A stretch of 64,000 bases of DNA from Caecitellus pseudoparvulus (GCA_965644315.1 CBFFRQ010000024.1:1-64000); one strand, 5' to 3'. Positions 24,545 to 36,160 are shown, counted from the first letter of the stretch. Made by a program: numbers and translations. The notes: generated by a model not told the origin, from the letters alone.

Positions 24545-27500
24545 TCAAGCAGACAGGTCGGAGCGAATCTGCTTCAGCAAGCTGGCAAGCGGCTCCTGAG
24601 CCTCGCAGCTGGCGACGAGGCCTGCAAACTCCCGGGTGGACCGTGCGTCTGGCACGTGCTTGTCAATGCTGTGGATGGCACGCAGAGCCGACCGCATGAC
24701 GTCCGTTGCGCCCCCAGAGGAGCCCTTGGCAGCCTTGGCGGCAGCCTGGAACGTGGCCTGGAACTGCTCGCAGATGCTCTTCAGGAAGCCCAGCACCAAG
24801 GCTCGCGTCGCGTCATACTGCGTCAAGCGCACCAAGACCTGGTGTGCGAGCAACTTGACATCGTCAACATCCATCAGCCCCGCCACGACGCGCTCCATGG
24901 CCACTTCAGACACTCGCTCGCGCAGGTGCTGCACGACGGAGTCCAGGGTCACGAATGCAGCCTTGCGCAGCGCCTCGCCATCGTCCACGTCCACCTTGAA
25001 AGGACCCACATCCACCTTGCGCTGCAGCTCCTCGTGAGGCTGCATCTCGTAGCACAGCACTGGCATAATGCCCACCTCCTCAATGGAGCCTTCAGGCTTC
25101 TCGCTCACCTTGCCAGCGGCGCTTGTGCCCAGGGCTGTGGGCAGGAACAGCCCGCGAACCAGCTCAGGGGCGCTGTGCACGAGGGCGTGCAGTGCCTGCA
25201 CAGCCCCCAGGCGAACATTGAGGTCGGCGTCTTGCAGGAGGCCCATGAAGGTGCCCATGACCCCAGCGGAGTCCAGCGCTTCCGTGGCTGTGGACGAGTG
25301 CAGGCAGCCCTTGATGGCAGTGACGCTGGTCCAGCGCTTGTTGGGGGAGTCGCTGGCGGCCATGGCTTCCAGCTCGTGCAGACACTGCGAGGGGGAGATG
25401 CCCACCAGCAGCCCCAGGCACTCCGCCACGACAGTGCGCTCGCCCTCGTCGTCTGCCCCTGCGCGCGTGTTCAGCACCGGCAGCACGCTGGCAACGTGGG
25501 GGGTGAAGTCGGGCCCGTGAGGCACGACGGGCGCGTGGCGCTTGAGCACGCCTTGCAGCGCGGACAGCAGCAGGTAGTGCCCGCCCTCGGCTGCCGTGGA
25601 CAGGGACTGTAGCAGCGAGACGAGGCCGACAGAGGGGAGCCAACAGCGACACCGCCCATGGCAGCCGCAGCGGCCATGCGGACGATGTCCGACTCGCACG
25701 TGAAGGCGCTGACGATGGTGTCCAGGGCAGCCGGTGTCGCGCCCAGCACGTCCACTGCTGCACCGACATCTGCCAGGATGTGCAGCGCGACGCTGCGCTG
25801 GGCGTCAGGCATGGCGTCGTCCTTGACGGCAGCAAGGCCGCCAGTGATGGCGCCCTGCACGCTGCCCTCGCCACCAGCCCGCAAGACCACTGCGCTGACA
25901 CTGGCGATGTTCAACACGGTCTGCTTCTGCACCGCGACGGGGGCAGCTGCCGTGCCTGAGCCACTGGCGGCAGCGCCTGCCGCACCATCCTCCACAGACG
26001 CAGACAGCGCCTGAGCGAGCGCCTCGGGGTCTGCGCCGCCCTTGGTCACGAGGGCGTGGAAGAAGGCCTTGCAGTCGTCCAGGGCAGCGCCCTTCAGAGC
26101 AGGCGAGGCCACGAGCTTGATGCTGGGCGCCAGCGCCTTGCCGTGCATGCCTGCGGCAGAGCTGGGGACGTGCTCCAGCACAGCGCAGGCCAGGCGCACG
26201 GCGTTCTGTGCCAGGTTCAAGTCGCTGCCCGCGAGGATGGCGGCAGTGGCGTCCACCAGTGCGTCTGCGGTGGGCGCCAGGTGGCTGCCGTGGGAGGCGG
26301 TGATGGCGGTGAGGGTGCCCAGGGAAGCGTGCACCAGCTGCCAGGAGGCCTGCCGCGTCAGCGCAATGCACTGCTCCACGATGGCCTCCAGGACCGTGCC
26401 GCCCTCCTCCACTGCAACAGAGGACAAGTCCAGCCCCAGAGGCGACTCTGCCACGTGCGTCAGCGCCTTCAGTGCGGCGATGCGGGTTGTCTCCGCTGCC
26501 AGGCGGCGCAGGAAGAGGGGGTAGGTCTGGGCCACCTTGGGCCCCAGCACGTCGCCCAGGTGAGCCACCAGCAGGCCCATGGAGGTGATGGCCATCTCTT
26601 TGATTTCCTGGTCCAAGTCAGCCGCCGCCAGCTTGGGCAGGATGGCGCCAAAGAGCGTGTCCACCAGGCCGGCGTCCTTGCTGCCTGTGGAGTGCATGAG
26701 CAGAGCCATGCGGCCGCTGATGCGCAGGCCCTCCGCGACGCTCTTGAACCAAGAGTCAGACAGCGCCTTGACGGCGATGTCGCACAGCGTGGGCATGTGC
26801 TCGGGGAAGGCGGTGGCGGGGATGCAGTCGGGCATCTGCCGCACCATGAGCAGGGCTGCCTGCCGCACGCTGGTGTTGCCATCGGCCAGTGCGGGGGGCA
26901 CGGCACCCAGCAGGCTGCCCACCTCCAGCTCCAGGTGGTGCCCTGATGCCAGCACGAGTCCGCCCAGGACGTTGAAGCAGGCTGCCCGCGTCTTGACGTC
27001 GCGTGCCTCCGTCTTGCCCAGCAGCTTGATCGCTTCGGCGACGATGCTGGACACCATGGCGTTCAGGGTGGGCCCCGCACTGCGCTGGCGCACCAGGGGA
27101 GCTGGCTGCAGTGGCGCAGGGGGCGCGACAGGCACTGCGCCTGCCTCTGAGCTGCCAGCTGGGGCGCTGGCTCCGCTCACGCGGTCTGCAGCGCTGCCCT
27201 CCACCACCACTGTGGCTTTGAGCAGGGCCACGAAGCACTCGAGCACGTCCACGCGCACCGTCTGCTCGCGCTCACGGAACTGCACCAGCAGGGGGCTGGC
27301 GATCTTGGCGTACGCCTCGTGCAGGCGCTCGGGGCGGGTGGAGATGATGCCGGTCAGGACAGCCACGGCGCCACGTCGCACCTTCCAGCTGGTGTCGTCG
27401 TCCACCTCCACTTCGTCGTACTCGCCATACTCATCGTCCATGTCCAGCCCCTCGTCGTCATCACTGCCGTACTCGTCGTCGCTCTCCATGGCATCGTAGT

Positions 27501-28670
27501 CGAAGTTCGGGTCGAAGTCCAGGAACTGCACCGCCACGTCAGTGATGGTGTCCAGGTGCCCCGTCACCTCCGCGGGGCAGCGCAGCACGAACGCCTCCAG
27601 CGCCTGGAAGCAGGCCTCGCGCAGGTCGTTGCCGCTGTCTGTCATGGCTGCCTCGTCCTCCGCGTCCCCAATGCAGCCCAGGAACAGAGGCACGATCTCC
27701 CCCAGATGCTGCCCCAGCCGGTACCCAACTGTGCGGGCGACGGCTGAGATGGTGCGAATGGCAGCCTGGCGCCCCTCGGCCGAGGAAGCCTTCTGCAGCA
27801 GGTCCAGGACGCGTGTGATTACCGTGCCCAGCTGCTCGTCATTGATGTGCTGGGACAGAGCCCCCATGGCGCTGGTGGCCCGCTTGCACACGTCACTCTC
27901 GCCGCCTTGCAGCGCTGCCAGCAGGACATCGATGGCGCGGTCGTGCTGGGAGGGGTCTTTGTCCCCGAACCGCTTCAGCAGCTCCCGGGTGACCTGCAGG
28001 CAGTCCCGCTGCATGTCGGGCGCGCCTTCCGTGATGCCGCCCAGCATGCCAGGCAGCACCACCTTCACCAGCACTGCACCGTGCGCCGGCGCCACCTGGG
28101 TGATGGCGTGCGTCATGCCGACGCAGTACACGTCACGCATCTCCGCGCGCTCGCCGCTGCAGATGTGCTTCGTCAGGTTCGTGGCGACATCCTGCACCAG
28201 CTTCTCCCCTGCGCGCCGCATCATGGCCTGCAGACTGCGAAGGGCCAAGCAACGACGCAGGGTGCGGAGGCTGTGCGCAGGGCACAGGCCACAAGCACGA
28301 GCGCACACACCACTTGACTGCTCCAGCCTGCACGTCTTGGCTGGGGTCGCTCTGCAAGCGGTCCAACACCAAGCTGCTGATCCTGTACGGAGCGACGGGT
28401 GAGGGGAAGGGTGCGGAGGCTCCTGCGCAGAGCAGCCACCACGCCAGGGGAAGGAAGCTCACTTCTGCTGCATGCCAGGGTCCAGGGACCTGTCCTTCTC
28501 CAGCTCGTCACACAGATCGTCCATAGCAACGGTTCGGACATCCTTGTCGTGGTTCACGGCCTGTGCAGCGCCAGGGCAGACAGCGTTCAGCACGTCTGTG
28601 TGCCCGCCACCACGCCTTGCCGCCGTACCTGCTCCAGCACAGTGCGCAAGTCCACGGCTCCTGCTGCCAT
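24545..28670 (-). CDS. CAND1: Cullin-associated NEDD8-dissociated protein 1 (HEAT repeats plus TIP120 C-terminus); three 5' introns; one apparent 1-nt frameshift at ~25635
   Basis: DLREACFQALEAFVLRCP, DDDTSWKVRRGA, QFREREQTVRVD, DLDQEIKEMAI, RTVVAECLG, LQRKVDVGPFKVDVDDGEALRKAAF. GT-AG introns at ~28561-28628, ~28383-28462 and ~28235-28310. Confidence 0.95.
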
Positions 28671-29200
28671 GTTGCTGGGGTTCTGGTAGTGTTTAAAAGG
28701 GGGTATGTGCGCCCTGCACTTGCGGGCCTCCAGGCGCAGAGTGTGCACGCTGTCCTGGCTTTGCAGATGCTGACACGGGCCTGGCCAGGTGCAAAAGGTA
28801 GCTGTGAACCGGCAGCTCAGAGGACCTGGGCGCATGACTGGGGATGAAGAAATGTGGTCCGCTGGCACACCGAGTGTCGTTGCTGTCAGCTCGCATGCGT
28901 GGGGCCAAGACGCCCCCCCCCTCCGTCACTCACCGTCGTGTTGGAGCGTGCTGTCGAAAGCGAAGGTCAGGATGCTTGCTGCCGACTTGGCACAGCTGCC
29001 ACATTTCCAACACTTTGCAGGAATACCCATGAAGGCGTGGCCGACTGTCGCACAGAGCATACACTGCGAGGCCTCCCACCCATGCTCGCTTCAGCTGCGG
29101 AGGACCAGGCTGCGTTGCAGGCTGGCGAGTGCCCTGCGGAAATTGCGAGATCCTCAGCCGAGTGCCAGGGAAGTGCTGCAGCGCCACTCCCTGCAGCGCC
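28671..29200. promoter_or_regulatory. Divergent (bidirectional) promoter region CAND1/FAM135
   Basis: Head-to-head start codons 530 nt apart. Positional inference only. Confidence 0.45.
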
Positions 29201-32200
29201 ATGCCGCTCATTGTGTCATGCGAAGTGACGTGTCACTTTGCTAGTTTCAGGAACCTCGACTTGCTGCGGAAAGGGTCCGTGCGGCGCACAGAGGCGCCAG
29301 CCAGCGCCCTCCGCTGCATGCCAACCACGCCCTGCTCCCAGACTGTACCGCTTGGAGGTCAAGGTGCTGCCGCCGAGGGACCCCGACCAGCCCGAGCACG
29401 CGGAGGAGTGCTACACTTCCAGCATCCCCTACACCTGCTTCGCGGCTCCTCGCAAGCTCAGCTCCTTTGCAATCTCCAGTGGAGTGGTCAGTCTGGCCCT
29501 GCTTCACTGCACTTTCCTTGGCCCACGCTCGCCGCTGCTACGCCCCCTGCACAGGTCACGGACAGCGCCTCTGGCTCCACCCCCGGCTGCATCAAGGACT
29601 CCAGGTCCAGCTACGTGACTCGCTCCGTGCATGTGCGGTACAACGACGAGGTCTTTGACTTGAACGAAGGCGCCACCTTCCGGGTGTCTGCGCCGCTGAC
29701 AGCCTTCGAGGCGGACGCGGTGCGCCTGCTGCTGACCCTGCACCACGCGGAGGCAGAAGTGGTGCAGACACCCGACATTGACGCCCAGGGCCTGCTGCCG
29801 CGCCACGAAGCCCGCATCGGCATTCGGCGCAAGGGGTTGTTCGCGCCCGTCGCGCCGCGTACCCTGGCACTGTCAGGACTCCTCTCCGGTTCCATCCACG
29901 GCCTTTACCCTGTCATCTTTGACATGAACCACCTTGCTGGCGTCGACGTGCAGGTGCATGCGGGCGTCACAGGGGTGGCGTTCCAAGCACCCCCTGTGGC
30001 CGCACTGGGTGCCGACGCAGCCGCCGCCAGGCCAGACGGCAGGCCAGACTCCCAGACAACCCCACCTGGCCAGGCCTCCAGCGGCATCGCATCCTGGCTG
30101 CGTCGCATGACAGTGGGGAGTGACGCAGGCCAGCTGCACACCCCACAGCGCAGCCCCGTGCTCGTGCCGCCGTCGGCATTCAAGCACAGTTCTTCCGGCC
30201 CCAGCACCCGCCCAGCTCAACGGTCCACCGGCCCCACGCGGCGCGGAGCGTCAGATGCAGACGTTCCCACGAACCCAGCTTTGCGCGCAGCGTCCCCTTG
30301 GTACATCGACTCGCTCTGGCGGTTTCTCTTTGCCAACCCCAGCCCGCCTGCAGTGCTGGCGGCATGCCCACACCTGCCACACGGTTCTGTGAAGACTGCA
30401 GCGGACCAAGTGCCCCCTGGGGCCATTCACCGCGCACATCAACTCATGTTACTGCCCCTGCTGCGCACGTATGCCAGTTTGCTAGCCTTCGCTTCCGCTG
30501 CGTCGTTGTTGAGTGAAGTGCGCAGGGCACACGTGGCAGCAGGCGGCACTGGCAGCAGCGTCGCGAGCAGAGCGCACGGGCAGCGGACACCCAGCATTTG
30601 CCAAACGCCACGCACACTGCAGCATGCAGACGGCACCAGCAGCGAGTCCGTCCTGCCCCCTCGACGGGGCAGCTACAGCCGCTTGCGAGCAGCGACAGTG
30701 GAAGGCCGCCCCGCCGGGCACGCGTCCGTGCCACTGGACAGCATTCTCCCGCTGCCGAACTTGCCATTTGCACTGCAAGCGCTGGTTCAGGCAGCTGGGG
30801 GGCGGGCAGTGGTGTTCGCAGACCTACATGTGCTGCTCCCCCAGGGGCAGTACGGCGACACACGTTCCACGCGCACGGCAGGCTTCGATGCACCCTCCAC
30901 CGCTGCCACACGTGCACAGCGCAGGCGTCGCAGCACGCCCGATTTCAGCATTCCAGATGACGTGACGGATGGCTTTGGGGTGGCGTTTCAGGGTGCCAGC
31001 GTCCCTGGCAATCCGCCGGTTACCCTGCAGCCGTTCGCGTCGCGTTGCCGGTCGCACTCTGCCGGGGACGTCGCCACAGCCCTGCTGCAGGAGATGCAGC
31101 ATGTTCGCCAGCACTTGTTTGCTGCGTGGGTTGAAGTCGGCAGCTTGCTGGTGGGCATTAGCGACAGCATCGGGCCGTGTCTTCGGCGGGCTTGGCGTGG
31201 CGTCGCGGCTGCGGCTGCGCTACGTGGCAGCATGAAGCGTGTGTTCTGGACCGGCCACGTACCACCCCCGCTGCCAGTACTGGTGCCAGGGGAAGTCCCT
31301 GTGCCGGTCAACCTCCTTGTGCCAGGCGCTGGCGCCCGACCACCTGCGGCGGACAGCGCTGACGAGTGGGACGAGGCAGACACGGTGCCACTGCCGAACG
31401 AAGATGCGCCCTATGGGCACAGCACTGCCAACCACATCGCCCTTACAGTGGCGGCAGTTGTGTCGGACACCTTGCGCCAGCCTGAGCTCGGGGCTGGGAG
31501 GGGGGGGGCCTCAGCTGCCCGCCCGCCGCCCCCGCCAACGGTGCCTCGACCTCCGACACCTGCCCAGCCTGCGCCACCACTGCCCCGAGAAGCCAGCTAT
31601 GAGTGGAGCACGTTCGCCGGTGCGACGGCTTCTGCCATGACAGAAGCGCCGCCCGACAGCCCGACCACAGGTCGCATGAAGGACATGCCCAGCACATCGG
31701 CACTGCAAAACAGAGCCTACCCACTGCACGCGACGGCATACGCTGAGCCGTACCATCACGCTGCGCTGGCGTTGCAGCCGCTCGGCATGCCCATGGATGT
31801 GTCGCCCAGCACAGCGGCCTCGTACATGCAAGGATTGTGCCGATTGCATGGTCTCCTGGAGCTGTACACGGCGCACAACCCAGCGGTGCAGCCACGAGCG
31901 TCCTCTCCTGCAGACCTGCTGCAAGCTGTGCTGTTTGGGCCAGGGGCAGCGCAGCACTTGAGTGCCACGCCGAGCTCAACAGCGCGGGGCCGGCTGTCTC
32001 AGCTGCGCGCCGAGTCTACTCGCCGGTGTGCTCTGGACGTGGATGCGATGTGCCGCTGGAGTTGGCGCGCGTTCGATGCCGTGGCGGCTTCCGCTGTGGC
32101 TGGCCTGCGCCAACTTGAGATGGGGGCTGCAACGGGGCGTGGCGCGCCTCGTGGCCTGTCACTGCAGGCGCCACCCGCTGTGCCTGGCAGTGACCCCACC

Positions 32201-34441
32201 GGGCAAGACATTTCCGATGTGCCTCTGGAGGATGCCGCACTGCCGGGGCTCGCGGCAGTGTGTCGGGGTGCGGAGGAGCGCGGGCTGTGGGAGGTGACTG
32301 ACGGCAGCGACGATGGCCGAGTGCTGGGAAAGTGCGGCGAGTTGGTGTGTGACGATGACGCTGCGCGGGCATGCAGCGACCTGTGGATGCTGCAAGGCGC
32401 CAAACCAGTGTGGGAGGTGGACACGTACACGTACACGTCTGACTGGCTGGAGGGGCGGCAGGTGGCCGATGAAGCAGAGGGCGAAGACGCCAGGCGCGCT
32501 GTACAAGCCATCACTGCCTTCACCTGTGAAGACGATGCTCACAAACGCCTCTTTCTACGGTCCGTCCCTGCGGAGGAAGTGGGGCAGGCGTTCCCGCCCG
32601 GCTCCCCCGCCAGTGCTTTGCGGACGTACGGCGGGGCGGGCGATGGACTGGACATGGAGGCTGCAGTGGAGGGTGTCCCGGTGCTGGACGACCGCACTGC
32701 GAACTGCGGTGTCCATGTCATCGTCATGCAGAACGGCATGAACGGCACCATGCACGACATGCGCAGCATGCGAGCGTACTTGAAGGTCCTGTACCCCGCA
32801 TGCTTGGTGTTCACCGCTCGCAAAAACCAAGGCACGGCGACAGAAGACAGCCTCATCACCGCTGGCCAGCGCTTGGCGGAGGAAGTAGACGACTTCATCA
32901 CCAAGAAAGTGCTCATGAGCGGGCTGAAGCTGGCTCGCCTGTCGTTCGTCGCGTTTTCGCTGGGCGGTGTCATCACGCGCCTTGCACTGCGGCACCCCAG
33001 CCTGGCGGTGCATGCTCAGCACTTGCACGCGTTCATCACACTAGCATCTCCGCACCTGGGCATGGCGCATGGAAACACGGCCCTGTTCGACGCGGGGGTC
33101 TTTTTTGTGCGCAAGTGGCGCAGGTCTGTCGCACTGGAGCAGCTCAGCTTGCAGGATGAGCAAGTGCGGGCTGCATGCCTGCTGCGCCTGCTATCGTCAG
33201 GGTGGAACACGACCTCTGAGGAGGAGGTTGCCAATCGCGACTCCCTGCTTGCCCTCATAACCTCAGGCAAGCGTGGGCAGCACCTGCGGCCACTGCTGGG
33301 CGCTGTCACAGCCGCTGCCCGGCGCAGCTCAGCCAACGCCCGGCGCACTGGCGCCATCACGGCGGGCCTGTCCATGTTTGCTGCGGCGGCGGCCCCTGCC
33401 ATGCTACGCAAGCCCGGGCGCACGATTAAGGTGGGCAGGTCCTCAGCGTCGAACATGTCCCTGAACACACAAGAGCTTGAGCTCACAGCTCAGGCAGCAG
33501 CGGGCGCTGAGGCGGAGACAAGCGATGTGGCGGAAGGTGCGGCCAGTGGTGAAGGGGACAGCCCTGTGGAAGGCACCACTGAGGGCGTTGAGGACGCGGT
33601 ACTGGCCGGTGTGGCTGACGCTGTGCCGTTGCCGGCAGACACAGACACGCCGCACTCGGTGCCTGCAGGGGAGGTGGAGGGCGGGGCAGAGACACCCACA
33701 CCGCCTGCCAGTGAGATGCAGGCACTCCCGCCACACCCTCAACCCACTCATGGCGAGGCGGCACTGTATGCGACGCCCACGTACCAAGCTCTCGCCGCGG
33801 CTGGCCTGTGGTGCGGGCCCGAGGGTGCCATGCTGAGGCACTTCAAGCACATCCTGCTGGTGGGCTCTCCCCAGGACAAGTACACGCCCTTCCACTCCTG
33901 CCGCTGCGAGCTGCTGGCAGGTGCTCGTGAGGACCCTGAAGTGTGGGGAGACCTGCCTAGTCTCCTGGAGGGCGTGTGGGAGGGCGTGGACATGCGCCGG
34001 GTGAGCCGCTTGTCCGCCACGTTCAAGTTGTCCGAGCGGGCGCTGTCCATGGACGCGGTGATTGGCCGAGAGGCACACTTGGCCTTCCTGGAGTCCCGTG
34101 ATGCCGCCGCATGGCTGGCACTGGCCCTGGCCCCTGTGTTCGAGACGCCCGTGCCAGGCAGGGGATACCGCCGCAGTGAGCTGGAATCCCCCCACAAACC
34201 CCTCGCCTCCACCCTGCCACCCCCCAACGAACTGCTGGGCATGCTGGACGTCCTGGAAGATGGGGGCCAGGCGCCTGGGCCTGCACAGGCGACGCGGGAC
34301 CTCTCAAACAACCCCGTCCTACCGGGGCTTCTACCGCACTTGGACTTCCTACCACCCCACTTGGCAGCAGTGGGCGGCGGCTTCGAGGACGGTCCAGTGG
34401 ACTGGGAGCACGTGGCGGCAGGGCACGCCCACGTCATTTGA
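29201..34441 (+). CDS. FAM135: FAM135-like protein (N-terminal DUF3657-type region, C-terminal DUF676 alpha/beta hydrolase)
   Basis: gccATG at 29201. Introns 29275-29341 and 29487-29554 restore FRNLDLLRKGLYRLEV..TRSVHVRYNDEVFDLNEG. C-terminal HVIVMQNGMNG, LSFVAFSLGGVITR, FITLASPHLG, FKHILLVGSPQDKYTPFHS, IGREAHLAFLE. Confidence 0.88.
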   Translation: MPLIVSCEVTCHFASFRNLDLLRKGSVRRTEAPASALRCMPTTPCSQTVPLGGQGAAAEGPRPARARGGVLHFQHPLHLLRGSSQAQLLCNLQWSGQSGPASLHFPWPTLAAATPPAQVTDSASGSTPGCIKDSRSSYVTRSVHVRYNDEVFDLNEGATFRVSAPLTAFEADAVRLLLTLHHAEAEVVQTPDIDAQGLLPRHEARIGIRRKGLFAPVAPRTLALSGLLSGSIHGLYPVIFDMNHLAGVDVQVHAGVTGVAFQAPPVAALGADAAAARPDGRPDSQTTPPGQASSGIASWLRRMTVGSDAGQLHTPQRSPVLVPPSAFKHSSSGPSTRPAQRSTGPTRRGASDADVPTNPALRAASPWYIDSLWRFLFANPSPPAVLAACPHLPHGSVKTAADQVPPGAIHRAHQLMLLPLLRTYASLLAFASAASLLSEVRRAHVAAGGTGSSVASRAHGQRTPSICQTPRTLQHADGTSSESVLPPRRGSYSRLRAATVEGRPAGHASVPLDSILPLPNLPFALQALVQAAGGRAVVFADLHVLLPQGQYGDTRSTRTAGFDAPSTAATRAQRRRRSTPDFSIPDDVTDGFGVAFQGASVPGNPPVTLQPFASRCRSHSAGDVATALLQEMQHVRQHLFAAWVEVGSLLVGISDSIGPCLRRAWRGVAAAAALRGSMKRVFWTGHVPPPLPVLVPGEVPVPVNLLVPGAGARPPAADSADEWDEADTVPLPNEDAPYGHSTANHIALTVAAVVSDTLRQPELGAGRGGASAARPPPPPTVPRPPTPAQPAPPLPREASYEWSTFAGATASAMTEAPPDSPTTGRMKDMPSTSALQNRAYPLHATAYAEPYHHAALALQPLGMPMDVSPSTAASYMQGLCRLHGLLELYTAHNPAVQPRASSPADLLQAVLFGPGAAQHLSATPSSTARGRLSQLRAESTRRCALDVDAMCRWSWRAFDAVAASAVAGLRQLEMGAATGRGAPRGLSLQAPPAVPGSDPTGQDISDVPLEDAALPGLAAVCRGAEERGLWEVTDGSDDGRVLGKCGELVCDDDAARACSDLWMLQGAKPVWEVDTYTYTSDWLEGRQVADEAEGEDARRAVQAITAFTCEDDAHKRLFLRSVPAEEVGQAFPPGSPASALRTYGGAGDGLDMEAAVEGVPVLDDRTANCGVHVIVMQNGMNGTMHDMRSMRAYLKVLYPACLVFTARKNQGTATEDSLITAGQRLAEEVDDFITKKVLMSGLKLARLSFVAFSLGGVITRLALRHPSLAVHAQHLHAFITLASPHLGMAHGNTALFDAGVFFVRKWRRSVALEQLSLQDEQVRAACLLRLLSSGWNTTSEEEVANRDSLLALITSGKRGQHLRPLLGAVTAAARRSSANARRTGAITAGLSMFAAAAAPAMLRKPGRTIKVGRSSASNMSLNTQELELTAQAAAGAEAETSDVAEGAASGEGDSPVEGTTEGVEDAVLAGVADAVPLPADTDTPHSVPAGEVEGGAETPTPPASEMQALPPHPQPTHGEAALYATPTYQALAAAGLWCGPEGAMLRHFKHILLVGSPQDKYTPFHSCRCELLAGAREDPEVWGDLPSLLEGVWEGVDMRRVSRLSATFKLSERALSMDAVIGREAHLAFLESRDAAAWLALALAPVFETPVPGRGYRRSELESPHKPLASTLPPPNELLGMLDVLEDGGQAPGPAQATRDLSNNPVLPGLLPHLDFLPPHLAAVGGGFEDGPVDWEHVAAGHAHVI

Positions 34442-34488
34442 GCCAAGGGGGTGGGAAGAACTGGCATTTCTGCTCACGCCTCGACATG

Positions 34489-34498
34489 GAATGCATTC
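34489..34498. terminator. Candidate bidirectional polyadenylation signal (palindrome GAATGCATTC) between convergent genes
   Basis: Reads AATGCA on both strands inside the 71-nt gap between the stops at 34441 (+) and 34513 (-). The same hexamer recurs downstream of most genes. Confidence 0.5.
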
Positions 34499-34512
34499 AG
34501 CGGACTAACGGC

Positions 34513-35884
34513 TCACACTCGAGCGTCACTGCCTTGTGGCGCTGGCGCACTCGAAGGGTCGGTGTCCGTGTCAGGGCTGCTCTGAGGCTCTGCGGCCTTG
34601 CCTTCTGCGGCTTCGCTGATGGCGTCCGCCTTGGCTGGGAGAGACTCTGCCGCCGCCCCAGCTGGTGCGCCCTCACTCTCAGGTGCTGCAGAGGCCTGCG
34701 CTGTGCCGTCAGCCTTGGCGACGTGGGCCTTGGCCTTCTCAATGGTGCCGTCCACCGTCGCCTCCACGACACGGTACGCGTGCGCCAGGCGGGTCATGCC
34801 TGCGCGCAGAGTGGCGTTGGACGCTGCACGCTGATGCAGCCCTGATGCTGCGGCGCTGGCGGAGTCCACGACTGACTTCCACTTGGACGCCGCGCGCTCG
34901 CTGATCTTGTGCTCCGTGTCATAGTCCTGCCACTTCTGCGCTGTGCTGGCTGCAGCCGCAGAGACGCTGGCCACGACAGGCAGCTGAGTGAACGCCTTTA
35001 CGGCACCCTCAGCCTTGCCTGCCAAGTCCCCAGCCCAGTGCGTGACTCGGGCCCAGCCACGCTGTCCACGCATGTAGCCCTCCGCCAAGAAGCCAGCCAC
35101 TGGGGCGCTGGCGTATGCTGAGCTGTCGTACCGCCCGGGGTACTGCACTGTAGGTACTGCGTCCGACGCAGTCGAGGCACTGGCTCCCGTGAACGCTCCA
35201 GCCATGACGACACTGACAGTGTAGGCACCCACAGCCTGGCCGTCCCGCTCCAAGGCGGCCTCTGCGTGCTCAGGTGTAGCAAAGACCACCAGCGCCTGGC
35301 AAGTGCCTGCCTCTGCTGATGCGGCGTCACCGGAAGACCTGCGTGAGGTGGGCGACACTGAGGATGCCGCGGGTGTGTGATGGAGCAGCGGCGCGTGCGC
35401 AGCTCACCGTTGGGCGATGCTCTTCTGCATGCCGGCCCCAGGGCCAAAGAGGTCTCCAATGGTCTTGTCCAGGGCTGGGCCCTCCAGCGGCGGCAGGCCT
35501 CGCACTTCCACTGTGCAGCGCAGCTCGGCTGGCGTCACGACGCTGTCCGCGACGGCAGGCGTGCTGGAGCCGCCCGTCCCAGAACGGGTGACAAACACGG
35601 TCGAGGTGTTGCCGATAAATAGTTCGCTAAGAGTCTGTGTGCCGCCACGCTCTAGGACCATGCTCTCTGTGAGGGGGGGCATGGAAGGTTGCAAGCCAGG
35701 GTGCCGTTTCCTGGAACCTTCTGCCGCTCGCACCGTGTGTGATGGACTGGACATCAGGGATCCGTTGCCGCACGGCATCCCACACCTGCCCCGTCGTTGT
35801 GGATGAACCGTTAGGCAGGTCGATGTAGATGGTCTCGGCATCCTCCAGGGGAAGCACAATGGCTGACAACTGCATGGAAGCCAT
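34513..35884 (-). CDS. RRM protein resembling the Vip1/BPA1 family
   Basis: RNP2-like TVEVRGLP and RNP1-like ALVVFATPEHAEAALERDG, followed by VAGFLAEGY..QDYDTEHKISERA. Intron 35339-35407. An apparent +1 error lies in the G7 run at 35673-35679. Confidence 0.65.
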
Positions 35885-36160
35885 CCTTCGATTTCCGCAG
35901 GCAAGCACTCTGAACTGCTCGTTGGTCCACGTTTTGGGGGCCCTGACAATATGATAATGGCTTCTACAATGACAATTTTTAATACACTGATTTGTTGGTG
36001 TTTTTGAGAGTTGCTTCAGATTTGTTCGCAGTGGACTTGTGGGACCCCTGCTTGCTTGACCTGAGCATGATGCCACCGTACATCTTCAATGAAAAACACT
36101 TCCGCACTCAGCCCTTGCCATTGCGGTCAACCTGCCCCATGAATACAAGGATCAGTACAT

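Noticed and set aside
24636-28402. Long antisense and alternate-frame ORFs over CAND1 (and similarly over kinesin, 58659-60371, 36486-38762)
   Set aside because: These are expected shadows of GC-rich coding sequence with few antisense stop codons, and they have no recognisable domains.
35946-35996. AT-rich stretch resembling a box C/D snoRNA (ATGATAA..CTGA with short acaa/ttgt stem)
   Set aside because: Box C is imperfect, the unit is only ~50 nt and I found no convincing rRNA complementarity. It is better explained as the promoter region upstream of the minus-strand RRM gene.
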